Below are positions 9,656-19,504 of a stretch of DNA of 32,000 bases, in pieces. The DNA is from Trichodesmium erythraeum IMS101 (lineage in GTDB: Bacteria; Cyanobacteriota; Cyanobacteriia; Cyanobacteriales; Microcoleaceae). Every line of letters begins with the position of its first letter. Position 1 is the first letter of the stretch. Where the stretch lies: assembly GCF_000014265.1 (NCBI RefSeq), contig NC_008312.1:4740001-4772000 (forward strand), given 5' to 3'. The notes beneath the pieces were generated by a model that saw only the letters and a program-made list of their open reading frames with translations, did not search any database and was not told the origin of the DNA. The position numbers and the translations under genes are program-made.

Positions 9656-10912
9656 ATGTTCAAACCTCAATTTAATCGTGATTTACTTAATGAAGAAAGA
9701 CAAAAAGAATTAAAAGAATTAAAAACTTATTTAATTAATCATCCTGATCTACTTTCAATACCTGATAATAATGATCACAATAATTTCTTAATTTTTTTAT
9801 CTAAAATATTAAATACTATTCCCTTATTTCGACTATTAAAACTTAGTCAAACTATTCACCCAACAAAAATATTAGGTAATGGTGTAGAAAATTATCAAGT
9901 ATTATTTCCTGCTGAAAAAATAGAATTTGGTGTTAATGATATAGATCGAGAATTTCTCCAAAAATGTCTATATTATAACAATGATTATTTTGAGCGATCA
10001 CCTATATTTATTTGTGAGATAATTCCGGCTTATATTCACATTGGTTTAGGCACTATTTGTACTAAAGATTTTCAAGTAATAGTTGATTCTGGAATGCAAT
10101 ATAGATTAACCATAGCCAGATGGAGACTTAACTATCTTAACCGTCTTAAACTTTTATTTGCTAAACAGTTATCAGTAAAATCCGCTTATATCGTTTCTTT
10201 ATCTGCGGATAATTTTTGGCATTTTTTATTTGATTGTTTACCTCGAATTTATTCTTTAATTTTAGCTAAATATACAGATAAATTAACTATATTAATACCT
10301 GATTCTTTACGCAGTTCATTTCGAGAGTTATTAAAGTATCTACTTCCTGAAAATTTTGAAATTATGTATATCGAAAATGGAACATGGGTAAGAGTTGAAC
10401 ATTTAGTAATGCCCTCTTATGTTAGCCGTTGTGAAAATGGATTTTTACCTCCAGAATACTACGAATATATTAAAAATTGTGTCTTTGATAAACTTAATCT
10501 TACACCAGTGGAAAAACTTACTGAAAGAATTTATATCTCCCGTAGAAATGCCAAACATCGTCGCGTATTAAATGAAGAAAAACTAATTCAATATTTAGAA
10601 AAATATAATTTTAAAACAGTTTTTCTAGAAGATATGTCATTTCCAGAACAAGTAGAACTATTTACTAAAGTAGAAATGATTGTAGCTCCTCATGGTGCAG
10701 GTTTAGGTATAACTTTGTTCTCAGGAAAAATTAAAATATTAGTTCTTTATCCAGAAACTTCACCTACTCCTTTTTTCTTTACTCAATTTAAAGGACTTGG
10801 ACAAAAACATTATTTTATTACCCACGATCAATTTGATGAAAATGCTGATTTTGAAGTTGATATGGAGGAATTTCAGGAAATATTTGATAAAATGATCTAT
10901 GAGGCTGTTTGA
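9656..10912 (+). CDS. Glycosyltransferase family 61 / DUF563-type protein
   Basis: The 418-aa ORF carries NFWHFLFDCLPRIYSL and a C-terminal VAPHGAGLGITLF, patterns I associate with GT61/DUF563 transferases. The coding sequence is very AT-rich. Confidence 0.65.
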   Translation: MFKPQFNRDLLNEERQKELKELKTYLINHPDLLSIPDNNDHNNFLIFLSKILNTIPLFRLLKLSQTIHPTKILGNGVENYQVLFPAEKIEFGVNDIDREFLQKCLYYNNDYFERSPIFICEIIPAYIHIGLGTICTKDFQVIVDSGMQYRLTIARWRLNYLNRLKLLFAKQLSVKSAYIVSLSADNFWHFLFDCLPRIYSLILAKYTDKLTILIPDSLRSSFRELLKYLLPENFEIMYIENGTWVRVEHLVMPSYVSRCENGFLPPEYYEYIKNCVFDKLNLTPVEKLTERIYISRRNAKHRRVLNEEKLIQYLEKYNFKTVFLEDMSFPEQVELFTKVEMIVAPHGAGLGITLFSGKIKILVLYPETSPTPFFFTQFKGLGQKHYFITHDQFDENADFEVDMEEFQEIFDKMIYEAV

Positions 10913-11003
10913 AAAGGGGTATCGGTGTAGCTAATTATACTAAATACCGAACTATGAGACGTGAGACGAATCATCGTGATATAAATCATGGTCTCGGAGT
11001 TCT

Positions 11004-11031
11004 GTAGGGGTTAACGGCCATTAACCCCTAC
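11004..11031. repeat. Stem-loop repeat GTAGGGGTTAA-CGGCCA-TTAACCCCTAC
   Basis: An 11-bp perfect stem is read directly. It looks like a Nostoc-type intergenic palindromic repeat and lies downstream of the GT61 gene. Confidence 0.7.
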
Positions 11032-11059
11032 TAGATATAGTGGTTATGCGTAAGTCCTG

Positions 11060-12552
11060 ATATTTTCTTAGTAATGTGATTACTTATGCTACCATCAGAT
11101 ATAAGTTCCACTCACCACTTGCTGTTAGCATTAATTTGTCATCAAAATCATACTTGTGATTACGATAAATCTGACTAACAACTCCATAACGTTTGACACC
11201 CGCAAAGGCGTTTTCACATGCTACCCTTGATAGGCTCAATTTCCGATTGTCTGATTTTTGTTGCTCACTTACAGCACTTTTCAGGTAATTGAACCACAAA
11301 GTGCGGTAAAATGGGTTTGATGTAATTGTTAAATTTAATGCCAGTATCGTATTCGAGTGATTTGCGTCGTCGCGTGATTATAGCTTGGGAAGCAAAAGAA
11401 GGCTCTCAACATCAGTTGGCTGAAAGATTTAAGGTCAGCTTGTCTATGGTACGAAATTTCTTGCGTCATTATCGTTACTCTTGGACAAATTGAGGCCAAA
11501 CGACGTGGAGGATATCAGCAGCCAATAATTTCCTATGATAATCTCAACATCATCAAATCTCTGGTAGAGGAGAAAAATGACTTATTGCTGAGAGAATTAT
11601 GCGCTCGCTATCAAGAAACAACAGGAATTAGGGTGAGTATCTCCACAATGCATCGCGCCGTAGAAAAATTAGGCTTACGGTGCAAAAAAAAAGTCTTTAT
11701 GCCAGTGAGTAAGATACCCCAAGAGTCCAAGAGTTAAGACATGACTATCGACGTTGGTTAGATAAAATTGATGTCAGAAATTTAGTATTTGTTGATGAAG
11801 CGCGAATAAATTTGTCAATGTCTCGTTTATTCGCCAGAGCCGTAGATGGGGAACGAGCTGTTGGTAGTATCCCAGGTAGCAAGGGTGGAAATGTTTCTTT
11901 GATTGGTGCTTTGAACCTGGATGGACTGATTGCGTCGATGACTGTACCAGGAAGTACAAATACTGAGGTATTTATCACTTTATTAAACCCAGGTCTTACT
12001 ACCTCAGTTGTGGCAAGGGGCAATCGTGGTAATGGATAATCTCAAGGTTCATCATGCTGAACGTGTCAGAGTTGCCATTGAGTCCGTCGGTGCTCAAGTC
12101 AAGTTTTGGCCCCCTTACTCTCCTGATTTATCACAAGTGTGAGCTTTGTTGGTCGAAACTGAAGCAATTTCTCCGTTCTTGTGAGGCACGTACCCATGAA
12201 TCACTGGAGCAAGCAATGGCTGAAGTTGTAAATTTCATTACTGAAGATGATGCCTTCGGTTGGTTCAACCACTGTGGTCTATTTACCTGAAAATTGCTGT
12301 AACTCTCCCCCTTTTTGTTTTTTATGGGGTATGCGGATATTTTCATACTGGTGTTGAATACCTTGAAAGCCAGTATCTACTTCAATTGGCATTTCCGCAG
12401 GTATATTTCCTATCAACTTTTCTTCGTCTAGGAATTTCTTGTCATGTAACTTTCCAACTCTATCTTGGCTTAATACCAGCACTTGTTTGTCTTGGTTTAC
12501 TACTGCTAGATGTTTACGGGTATGACGCTTTTTTTTCCCGAATAATTCAGTT
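11060..12552 (-). mobile_element. Harbinger/DDE_Tnp_4-like IS, copy B, truncated at both ends and interrupted by IS630 copy B
   Basis: 11060-11269 and 12302-12552 are diverged reverse-complement homologues of 6014-6200 and 4740-4981. ORF 11084-11299 carries RVACENAFAGVKRYGVVSQIYRNHKYDFDDKLMLTASGEWNLYLM, and ORF 12279-12482 carries LVLSQDRVGKLHDKKF. Confidence 0.7.
11270..12301 (+). mobile_element. IS630-family element, copy B
   Basis: The 1028-bp core has about 6 substitutions relative to copy A by eye, one of which creates a TAA stop (GAG TAA GAT at about 11709). TA flanks lie at 11270-11271 and 12300-12301. Confidence 0.9.
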
Positions 12553-12781
12553 AAAGAATTGTAACTAATTTCTCATAAAAAATTAGTTATTGATAAATTT
12601 TATTGATATTGAGTTCTATTTTGCGTATAAGTCTCTTTGAAAATGTAAATATACATAAAGATATATGAAGATCTCCGGAATGTCGGTATTATATTAGTAA
12701 TATTTTGTGAGATGTAAACATACCAGCACACTTTGCTATAATTACAATGCACAATAACGTTCATAAAGGAAGGATTTGATC

Positions 12782-13627
12782 ATGCAGACCGTTGGATATT
12801 CTGAGCAGCATAGCACTAGCCACACTCAATTTAATCAAGTTGAGGAGAAGGTCGCTTTCTTCGAGAAAGAAGGTTTTGTTGGCCCATTTGATCTAGGTCA
12901 AACTGCTAGTTTAGTTGCTGTACGTGATGCCATGAGTAAAGAGATAGAAGCATCTCAAGGCCAACATATTTCTAGTCAGCCTACTCAAAGTCCGATTATG
13001 GATCGCCGGATCGCTCATACGACTTCTAAGTTAATTTATAGCCTCTCTACAGAATCCCCAATTTTGGATGATGTTGCCGATTTTATTGGCTCAAATATTC
13101 TGTTTTGGATGGCAGAAACAATTGTTAGAGAGCCAGGTCATGATGGTCATATTGTGGAAAAGACTGGTCAAATTTGGCATATAGATGTGATTAATGGGTG
13201 GATTAAAGGGGTTCATACTTCTATTGCTGTCACTGATATGACGATGAAAACTGGTTGTCTCCTTGTTATCCCCGGAACTCACAAATATGATGCTGATCTT
13301 CGTGCTTTGGAAAAAGCAGGAGAGTGTAATCTCACTGATGCTGAGAGTCTTCTCAGGTTAGCTGATAAGATGCACCCAGAAAACGCACCTCATCAAATTA
13401 AAGCTATCGAAATGAAAGCCGGTCAATACTGCTTTACAAGAGGCGGTATTTGGCATGGTGTTAGTCAAAATAATGACTCTCGAACCCGCTTTGGTGTTGT
13501 GGCTCGGTTTGCCAGACCCGATGTTGAAATAAAAAATTTCGCAGGCAATCCTATTCCTTGCATTATAGTACGGGGTGAAGACTCTCACCAACTCAATCTC
13601 CTGAAAAACATACCAGAACAACACTAG
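12782..13627 (+). CDS. PhyH-family Fe(II)/2-oxoglutarate dioxygenase
   Basis: The ORF in the track starts at TTG 12776. I prefer ATG 12782, which is preceded by AAGGAAGGA. Motifs are FFEKEGFVGPFDL, WHIDV (HxD), GGIWHGV and RTRFGVVARF. Confidence 0.75.
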   Translation: MQTVGYSEQHSTSHTQFNQVEEKVAFFEKEGFVGPFDLGQTASLVAVRDAMSKEIEASQGQHISSQPTQSPIMDRRIAHTTSKLIYSLSTESPILDDVADFIGSNILFWMAETIVREPGHDGHIVEKTGQIWHIDVINGWIKGVHTSIAVTDMTMKTGCLLVIPGTHKYDADLRALEKAGECNLTDAESLLRLADKMHPENAPHQIKAIEMKAGQYCFTRGGIWHGVSQNNDSRTRFGVVARFARPDVEIKNFAGNPIPCIIVRGEDSHQLNLLKNIPEQH

Positions 13628-15760
13628 ATGATGATGGATGAACGCAGTTTAATCTCCCTTTCCCCAACGATGTTAGCTGTAGCTATTGCAATTGTTTGTT
13701 GTTGTGGCTTTGTATACTACTTTCCCAGACAATATTCAAGGGAATCAATTGATGATCATGAAAAAGACATTCCATCTGTCAGCAACTCCACTCAATTAAA
13801 TTCAGTTTCTCCATTTCTGCAAATAATCACACGCTTTACTCAACTTTTCTCTGTAGATCTTTGGGTACCCATATCTAATAAATTTCAAGAGATTCCTTCT
13901 CAACTAAAAGATTATTCGCCTTGGCAAGGGCATAAACTTTCCCAGAACTCGCAGAAGATCAATCTCAGTAATTGGAATTCATTAGTAAAAGAGTTCACGA
14001 GTCGTTTTTACTTATTCTTCAGATACGTCTGGATGTACTGGTCTCCTTATGTCGTTATTGCTATAGTTAGTGCGATTTGTTTAATGGGGATGCCTGCATA
14101 CCAACTCGTTGCAGCTCAAAAGCTAGGTAGGGTTATCGATCAAGGAGCCACTGTTCTGATCGGTTCTGCAATCCAACTCGCTATCCTATTACCGTTCGCT
14201 TTTGGCTTATACGTATTAGGTAGTCGTTTATCAGCTCGCGTTTCTAGCCGTGTTGCCAATGATATTCGATACGACTTGTTTGTCAAACTGCAAAGCCTTT
14301 CACAAAACTTCTATAAACAGGCTCGACTCGGAAATTTGTTAACTCACTTTTCTGTAGATATTTATAAAATAGAGCCGATTTTAGGTCAAGAAATGGTTCG
14401 TAGTGTAGGTGAAATGCTCATAATACTTGTCAACGTGAGCATGATGATTAGCGTTAGTGGCACTTTAACCTTATTAGGTATTTTACCTATGATTTTAATG
14501 CTACCCTTCACTCTATATTTGACAGTGAATATGAGTAGGCGAGGGCTAGATGCCATTAACCAGAATGCTTTAATGGTAAACGCCGTACAAGAGGGAATTC
14601 GTGCTAGACTCACGATCTCAGGATATGGCTTGCAAGCTTTATTTACAGGTTATTTTAGTGATGAGTTGAGAAAACTAGAGGATAAGAAAACCGAGTCTGT
14701 ATTCAGCTTTCTTGTATTTAAGTATGCAGTCACATTTTCCGCTTACTTGCTTGATGTTTGGGTTATGGGAATTGGAGCAATGTACGTTCTCTCTAACAAA
14801 ATTACCTTGGGAAGCTGGATCACTTTCTTTACAATATCTCATAATATGTATGACCTCTTAGGTCAATTGATTAATCAGCGGATTGGTCGTTGGTTTGAAG
14901 CGAGTATTGGGATGGAAAGAATCGACGAGGTATTTAAGCAACAGATTGAAATTCTGGATGCTGTGGATGCTCATACTTTGACTTCGTTTGAGAATATCAT
15001 TTGCTTTGAGCATTTATCTTTTAGCTACAATAATATACAGCTTCAATTGCACGACATTAATTTGTCGATAAAAGCGGGACAATTTGTGGCATTTGTCGGT
15101 TCCAGTGGTGCGGGTAAGAGTACGATCTTCAACCTGCTTATGCGTTTATACGATGCTAGCGAGGGAAGGATAACAATTGATGGACAGAACTTACGTGACC
15201 TAACGCAGAAATCTTTGCGATCGCAGATGGGGATTGTATTGCAAGAAACCTTTCTGTTCAACACCACCATTATGAATAATATCCGTATCACCAAACCAGA
15301 GGCTACAGAAGAAGAAGTTACTACTGCTGCTCGAACCGCTGAAATACACGACTTTATTTTGAGTTTACCAGAGGGTTACCAAACTATAGTTGGTGAAGAG
15401 GGAGGACAATTATCTGGAGGCCAACGTCAGCGAATTGCGATCGCCCAAGCTCTGCTTCATAGTCCACGCATTTTCTTATTAGATGAACCCACCAGTAGTC
15501 TTTCGGCTGAAATGGCTGATGCTATTAATCAAACGATTAGCTCTCTAGCTGGTAAACATACTGTAATTATGATTACGCATCAACTCAAAGCAGCAATAGA
15601 AGCAGACTGTATTTTTGTCTTGGATCGAGGCCAATTAGTTGAGCAGGGAACTCATAAAGATTTACTCAGGGATAGAAGGCATTATCGTTACCTCTGGGAT
15701 ATTCAACAGACTATTGGGACTCAAACAAACCATTCATCCCAAATAAATGCTAACAGATGA
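13628..15760 (+). CDS. ABC exporter, fused permease/ATPase (MsbA-like) with about 130-aa N-terminal extension
   Basis: The 710-aa ORF has Walker A GSSGAGKST, the signature LSGGQRQR, Walker B FLLDEPTS and a six-helix TMD region. ATGATGATG starts immediately after the PhyH stop TAG. Confidence 0.9.
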   Translation: MMMDERSLISLSPTMLAVAIAIVCCCGFVYYFPRQYSRESIDDHEKDIPSVSNSTQLNSVSPFLQIITRFTQLFSVDLWVPISNKFQEIPSQLKDYSPWQGHKLSQNSQKINLSNWNSLVKEFTSRFYLFFRYVWMYWSPYVVIAIVSAICLMGMPAYQLVAAQKLGRVIDQGATVLIGSAIQLAILLPFAFGLYVLGSRLSARVSSRVANDIRYDLFVKLQSLSQNFYKQARLGNLLTHFSVDIYKIEPILGQEMVRSVGEMLIILVNVSMMISVSGTLTLLGILPMILMLPFTLYLTVNMSRRGLDAINQNALMVNAVQEGIRARLTISGYGLQALFTGYFSDELRKLEDKKTESVFSFLVFKYAVTFSAYLLDVWVMGIGAMYVLSNKITLGSWITFFTISHNMYDLLGQLINQRIGRWFEASIGMERIDEVFKQQIEILDAVDAHTLTSFENIICFEHLSFSYNNIQLQLHDINLSIKAGQFVAFVGSSGAGKSTIFNLLMRLYDASEGRITIDGQNLRDLTQKSLRSQMGIVLQETFLFNTTIMNNIRITKPEATEEEVTTAARTAEIHDFILSLPEGYQTIVGEEGGQLSGGQRQRIAIAQALLHSPRIFLLDEPTSSLSAEMADAINQTISSLAGKHTVIMITHQLKAAIEADCIFVLDRGQLVEQGTHKDLLRDRRHYRYLWDIQQTIGTQTNHSSQINANR

Positions 15761-15890
15761 AACTAAAATAATATAGATATTAGTATTTTTCAAAAGCTTA
15801 TGAATCAAAAAAATTAGCTTTTGAATTTATCTATAGCATCTTTTTTTTTGTAATAGTAAGTCCTGTAAAAAAAATAATTTAAAAATAATA

Positions 15891-16787
15891 ATGAATGAAA
15901 CGATCTCGAACAAAAATGTAACAACAGTTAGACAAGAACCTCCACTTGTTTGTTTTATTGGTACTTTAAGAGCCCTTGATTTAACCTATTCTCATTTAAT
16001 TGAAAAAGTAATTCAACCCTTGAATGCAGATTTACTTTTCTGCGTCTCTCGAATAGATGCAAACGATGAAACTCTTATTAATAGGTTTAAAGATTGTAAT
16101 ATAGTTGATGTCTATCTTTATGAAGAAGCAAAAGATAACTATCAAGATTTTTTAGACAATTTTTTCAATAAATTGAGTTCAAAAGAACAAAATAAATGGC
16201 ATGAATATTTTAAGATTGAAGGGAATTGGTTAGGAGGAATTAAAGAACGTAGAGGTTCAGGTTTTCACTTAAATTTTAACTACTTTAAGCTACTTAAAAG
16301 ACTACAAAATATAAAAAAGAATGGCTTTGAATACCAAAGATATATAATCACAAGAACAGATTTTTTCTGGATGCTAGAACATCCCTCATTAAACTTACTA
16401 GACCCTAAGTTAATATGGATACCTACAGGAGAAAATTACAATGGTTACAATGATCGCCATGCAGTTTGTAGTGAGCAAAATATTTCTCATTACTTAAATT
16501 TACTTGAATTTATGCTCAACTTTCAAGCTTTCGAATATATTTATAATAATGTTGATGAAAATAACTTAAGTCATGAAAGGCATCTGAAAAGTCATTTAGA
16601 CTACTGTGGAGTAGAAGTTTCAACCTTCAACAATATAGCTTATCTCACTGGAAATCAACAAACTTTTACTAACTGGGCTAGTGTAAAATTAAAATGTATT
16701 GACGGAGTAGAATACGCCTATAAATATGAAAATGAACTATTGAGTTGTCTTGAAAATGTGAAAAAATTTAATATTGATGGCAATTAG
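15891..16787 (+). CDS. Hypothetical protein, 298 aa (possible sugar/glycan-modifying enzyme)
   Basis: It is a long, clean, co-directional ORF inside the cluster. I recognised no family. The motifs IITRTDFFW and NGYNDRHAVC only suggest an enzyme. The sequence is extremely AT-rich. Confidence 0.5.
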   Translation: MNETISNKNVTTVRQEPPLVCFIGTLRALDLTYSHLIEKVIQPLNADLLFCVSRIDANDETLINRFKDCNIVDVYLYEEAKDNYQDFLDNFFNKLSSKEQNKWHEYFKIEGNWLGGIKERRGSGFHLNFNYFKLLKRLQNIKKNGFEYQRYIITRTDFFWMLEHPSLNLLDPKLIWIPTGENYNGYNDRHAVCSEQNISHYLNLLEFMLNFQAFEYIYNNVDENNLSHERHLKSHLDYCGVEVSTFNNIAYLTGNQQTFTNWASVKLKCIDGVEYAYKYENELLSCLENVKKFNIDGN

Positions 16788-16816
16788 AACATGATGATCA
16801 AAAATGGTAGCGAAAA

Positions 16817-17791
16817 ATGTTAACTCATAAGTCTATTAAACAACAGCTAAAAAGTGTGATTGAACAAGAAATAAGTGCAATCTCAAAGCTTTGTGAAAGC
16901 ATTGACGATTCTTGGTTAAAAGCTGTACTAAGACTTCGAGACTGCAAAGGAAAACTTGTAGTTTCTGGAATTGGTAAAAGTGGGAGCATTTCCCAAAAGA
17001 TAGCCGCTTCCTTTACATCTACGGGAATACCAGCTATTTTTATTCATCCAACTGAAGCCAGTCATGGAGATTTAGGTTTATTAGATAGTAGCGATATACT
17101 TCTTGTTCTTTCTGCTTCAGGACAGACCTCTGAACTGCTAGACATTATGCAATATGCTTCAAGGCTAAAGAGCTCAATTATTCTCATTACTAAAAACCCT
17201 AACAGTTCCTTAGCTCATTTTGCTGATATTATCTTGCAAATTCCTGATCTTCCTGAAGCTTGTATTAACGGTTTAGCCCCTACTATTTCAACAACCTGTC
17301 AACTCGTCTTAGGTGATGCCTTAGTTGTAACTCTAATGTCATTACGAGGTTTTACTTCTGAAGATTTTAAACAATTTCACCCAGGGGGTAATTTAGGAGC
17401 CCTACTTGTACCTGTAAAAAATTTAATGTATAAAGAGCATCAAATACCTCTAATTGATTTAGGAGCTTCTATCAAAGAAGCCATAATTGAAATGAACTTT
17501 AAAAGTCTAGGATGTGTTGGTGTTATCAATCATCGCAATCAATATGTGGGTATTTTCACAGACGGAGATCTACGTCGAAGTTTAGAGGCTAAAGTTTCTT
17601 TAGAAGAACCTGTCAGTCAACATATGACACCTTCACCTCTATCTATCCAATCCGACCTAATTATATCTGAACTAATTGATTTCTTTCAAAAAAATCAAAT
17701 TCCTAATGTTTTTGTAGTAGAAAACAATGAGCCTATTGGCATTGTTCATGTACATCAACTGACTTCAATTTTAGGTAGAGATGTAATATAG
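16817..17791 (+). CDS. kpsF: KpsF/GutQ/KdsD-family sugar-phosphate isomerase (SIS domain plus tandem CBS)
   Basis: GKLVVSGIGKSGSISQKIAASFTSTGIPAIFIHPTEASHGDLGLL...LVLSASGQTSEL closely parallels arabinose-5-phosphate isomerases. The C-terminal ~120 aa look like a CBS pair. Confidence 0.85.
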   Translation: MLTHKSIKQQLKSVIEQEISAISKLCESIDDSWLKAVLRLRDCKGKLVVSGIGKSGSISQKIAASFTSTGIPAIFIHPTEASHGDLGLLDSSDILLVLSASGQTSELLDIMQYASRLKSSIILITKNPNSSLAHFADIILQIPDLPEACINGLAPTISTTCQLVLGDALVVTLMSLRGFTSEDFKQFHPGGNLGALLVPVKNLMYKEHQIPLIDLGASIKEAIIEMNFKSLGCVGVINHRNQYVGIFTDGDLRRSLEAKVSLEEPVSQHMTPSPLSIQSDLIISELIDFFQKNQIPNVFVVENNEPIGIVHVHQLTSILGRDVI

Positions 17792-17983
17792 TAATGCTCA
17801 CACTACTTAATAACAATAAATACGTCTAATGTGCAATAGAAGCTAAAAGTCTTGTTACTTTGGTTTTTTTAATTAATTTGTAATTTTTTCCAATGACTGA
17901 AACTACTATCAAATAAAGGTTAATTTTAATTCACATCAGACGTAATAAATATAACTAGGTATTCCAATAAGGGATCACAACTC

Positions 17984-19504
17984 ATGAAACTACAAGAAAT
18001 TCCTTGGGTTATTGCTCAAGCTGGTGGAAAAGGAACACGCTTAAAACACTATACGTGGAATAAGCCCAAGTGTCTACTCTCAATTGCTTCTCAGCCACTT
18101 TTATATCATTTGTTTTCTCATTTTCCAGACTCTAACTTTCTCGTTATAGGGGATTACAGTTACGAAGTCTTAGACAAATATCTGCAAGTTTTTCCACCTA
18201 AAGTTTCTGTCCAGTTAATACAAGCAAAAACTAAAGGAACAATATCTGGAATTGATCAAGCCTTAAGCTATATTCCAGAAAATAATCCATTCTTATTAGT
18301 CTGGTGTGACTTACTGTTTGAAGATATTCCTGATTGTAAAATTGAAGGAAAAAACTGGATTGGTTTGAGTCGTTCTTTCCCATGTCGCTGGTCTTATGAT
18401 GATACTGGAAATTGTTTGGAGGAAGCCTCAAGCGAGCGAGGAATTGCAGGATTCTTTGTCTTCCATAATAAAACCGTTCTGAAAGATATTCCTTCATCAG
18501 GGGAATGTGTCCGTTGGTTCGCTCAAAAATCTATACAGTTTAATGAGCTTTTTCTAGATCATACCTATGAGTTCGGGACTCAGGAGCATATTGCAGAATA
18601 TCAAAAACAAAGGCCTGTTAATCGCTTTTTTAACTCTGTTGAGATCGTAGGAGATCAAGTAATCAAAAAAGCACGAATCCCAGAATTTGAGACATTAATT
18701 GAAAGGGAAATTAATTGGTATCGTAATGCTCACTCATTAGGGTTTAATCATTTGCCCACCCTAATTTCTGACCAGCCAATGACTATTTCTAGAATTACAG
18801 GAGTACATCCTTTTGAATTAGAAGTCAGCTATCAACAAAAAAGAGAAATTCTGAGTGATATTTTTCAAACTTTAAATAAGCTTCATAGTTGTGATCGAAA
18901 ACAGGCTAATGCTAAAACTTTGATCGAAGTTTACCTTCAAAAAACTTATAACCGTGTTAATAGTGTTGCTCAACTAATTCCTCATTTTGAAAAACCAACG
19001 ATTCAAGTGAATGGTTGTCTATGTCGCAATCCCTTTCATTCTCAGTATGAAAATTTAATTTCTCAATTAGTTGCCGAAATTCAAGTTGATAACTTTATGC
19101 TAATTCATGGTGATCCAACCTTTTCTAATATACTTGTTGACAATCAAGACAAAGTTTGGCTAATTGATCCAAGGGGTTATTTTGGCTCAAGTTGGCTCTA
19201 TGGTGATCCTCTGTATGACTGGGCAAAATTATACTATTCAGTTGTAGGAGACTATGATTCTTTTAATCGTCGGCGTTTCCAGCTTAAGATTATTGACCAG
19301 CAAGTTGATATTAGTATCGAAAGCAATGGTTGGCAAGATTTGGAGTCAATGTTTGTAGAAAAATTTGCCAATCAAATCTTTGTTATTAGGCTATTGCATT
19401 CCCTAATTTGGCTATCACTATCAGGCTATGTTAAAGACGATTATGATTCAATTTTAGCGAGTTTTTATAATGGATTATTTTGGTTGGAGGATGTGCTAAA
19501 ATGA
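17984..19504 (+). CDS. Bifunctional nucleotidyltransferase (N-terminal) / APH-ChoK-type kinase (C-terminal)
   Basis: The N-terminus has AQAGGKGTRLKHYTWNKPKCLL (GxGTRL nucleotidyltransferase signature). The C-terminus has LIHGDPTFSNILVDNQDKVWLIDPRG (HxDxxxxN catalytic loop and metal-binding D of the phosphotransferase fold). Confidence 0.8.
   Translation: MKLQEIPWVIAQAGGKGTRLKHYTWNKPKCLLSIASQPLLYHLFSHFPDSNFLVIGDYSYEVLDKYLQVFPPKVSVQLIQAKTKGTISGIDQALSYIPENNPFLLVWCDLLFEDIPDCKIEGKNWIGLSRSFPCRWSYDDTGNCLEEASSERGIAGFFVFHNKTVLKDIPSSGECVRWFAQKSIQFNELFLDHTYEFGTQEHIAEYQKQRPVNRFFNSVEIVGDQVIKKARIPEFETLIEREINWYRNAHSLGFNHLPTLISDQPMTISRITGVHPFELEVSYQQKREILSDIFQTLNKLHSCDRKQANAKTLIEVYLQKTYNRVNSVAQLIPHFEKPTIQVNGCLCRNPFHSQYENLISQLVAEIQVDNFMLIHGDPTFSNILVDNQDKVWLIDPRGYFGSSWLYGDPLYDWAKLYYSVVGDYDSFNRRRFQLKIIDQQVDISIESNGWQDLESMFVEKFANQIFVIRLLHSLIWLSLSGYVKDDYDSILASFYNGLFWLEDVLK

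Noticed and set aside
13091-13624. Minus-strand ORFs 13091-13282 and 13358-13624
   Set aside because: They lie entirely antisense within the well-supported PhyH dioxygenase gene. They carry no recognisable motifs and are typical shadow ORFs.
14386-15294. Minus-strand ORFs 14386-14613 and 15043-15294
   Set aside because: They are antisense to the ABC exporter, whose Walker/signature motifs fix the true frame.
16817-17791. Reading the KpsF homologue as evidence for a Kdo/LPS-core pathway
   Set aside because: No kdsA, kdsB, kdsC or waaA-like genes are in the cluster, and its neighbours are a kinase/nucleotidyltransferase fusion and a phosphatase. This is kept as an alternative that genome context could restore.
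18231-18497. Minus-strand ORF inside the nucleotidyltransferase-kinase gene
   Set aside because: It is an antisense shadow ORF with no motifs.
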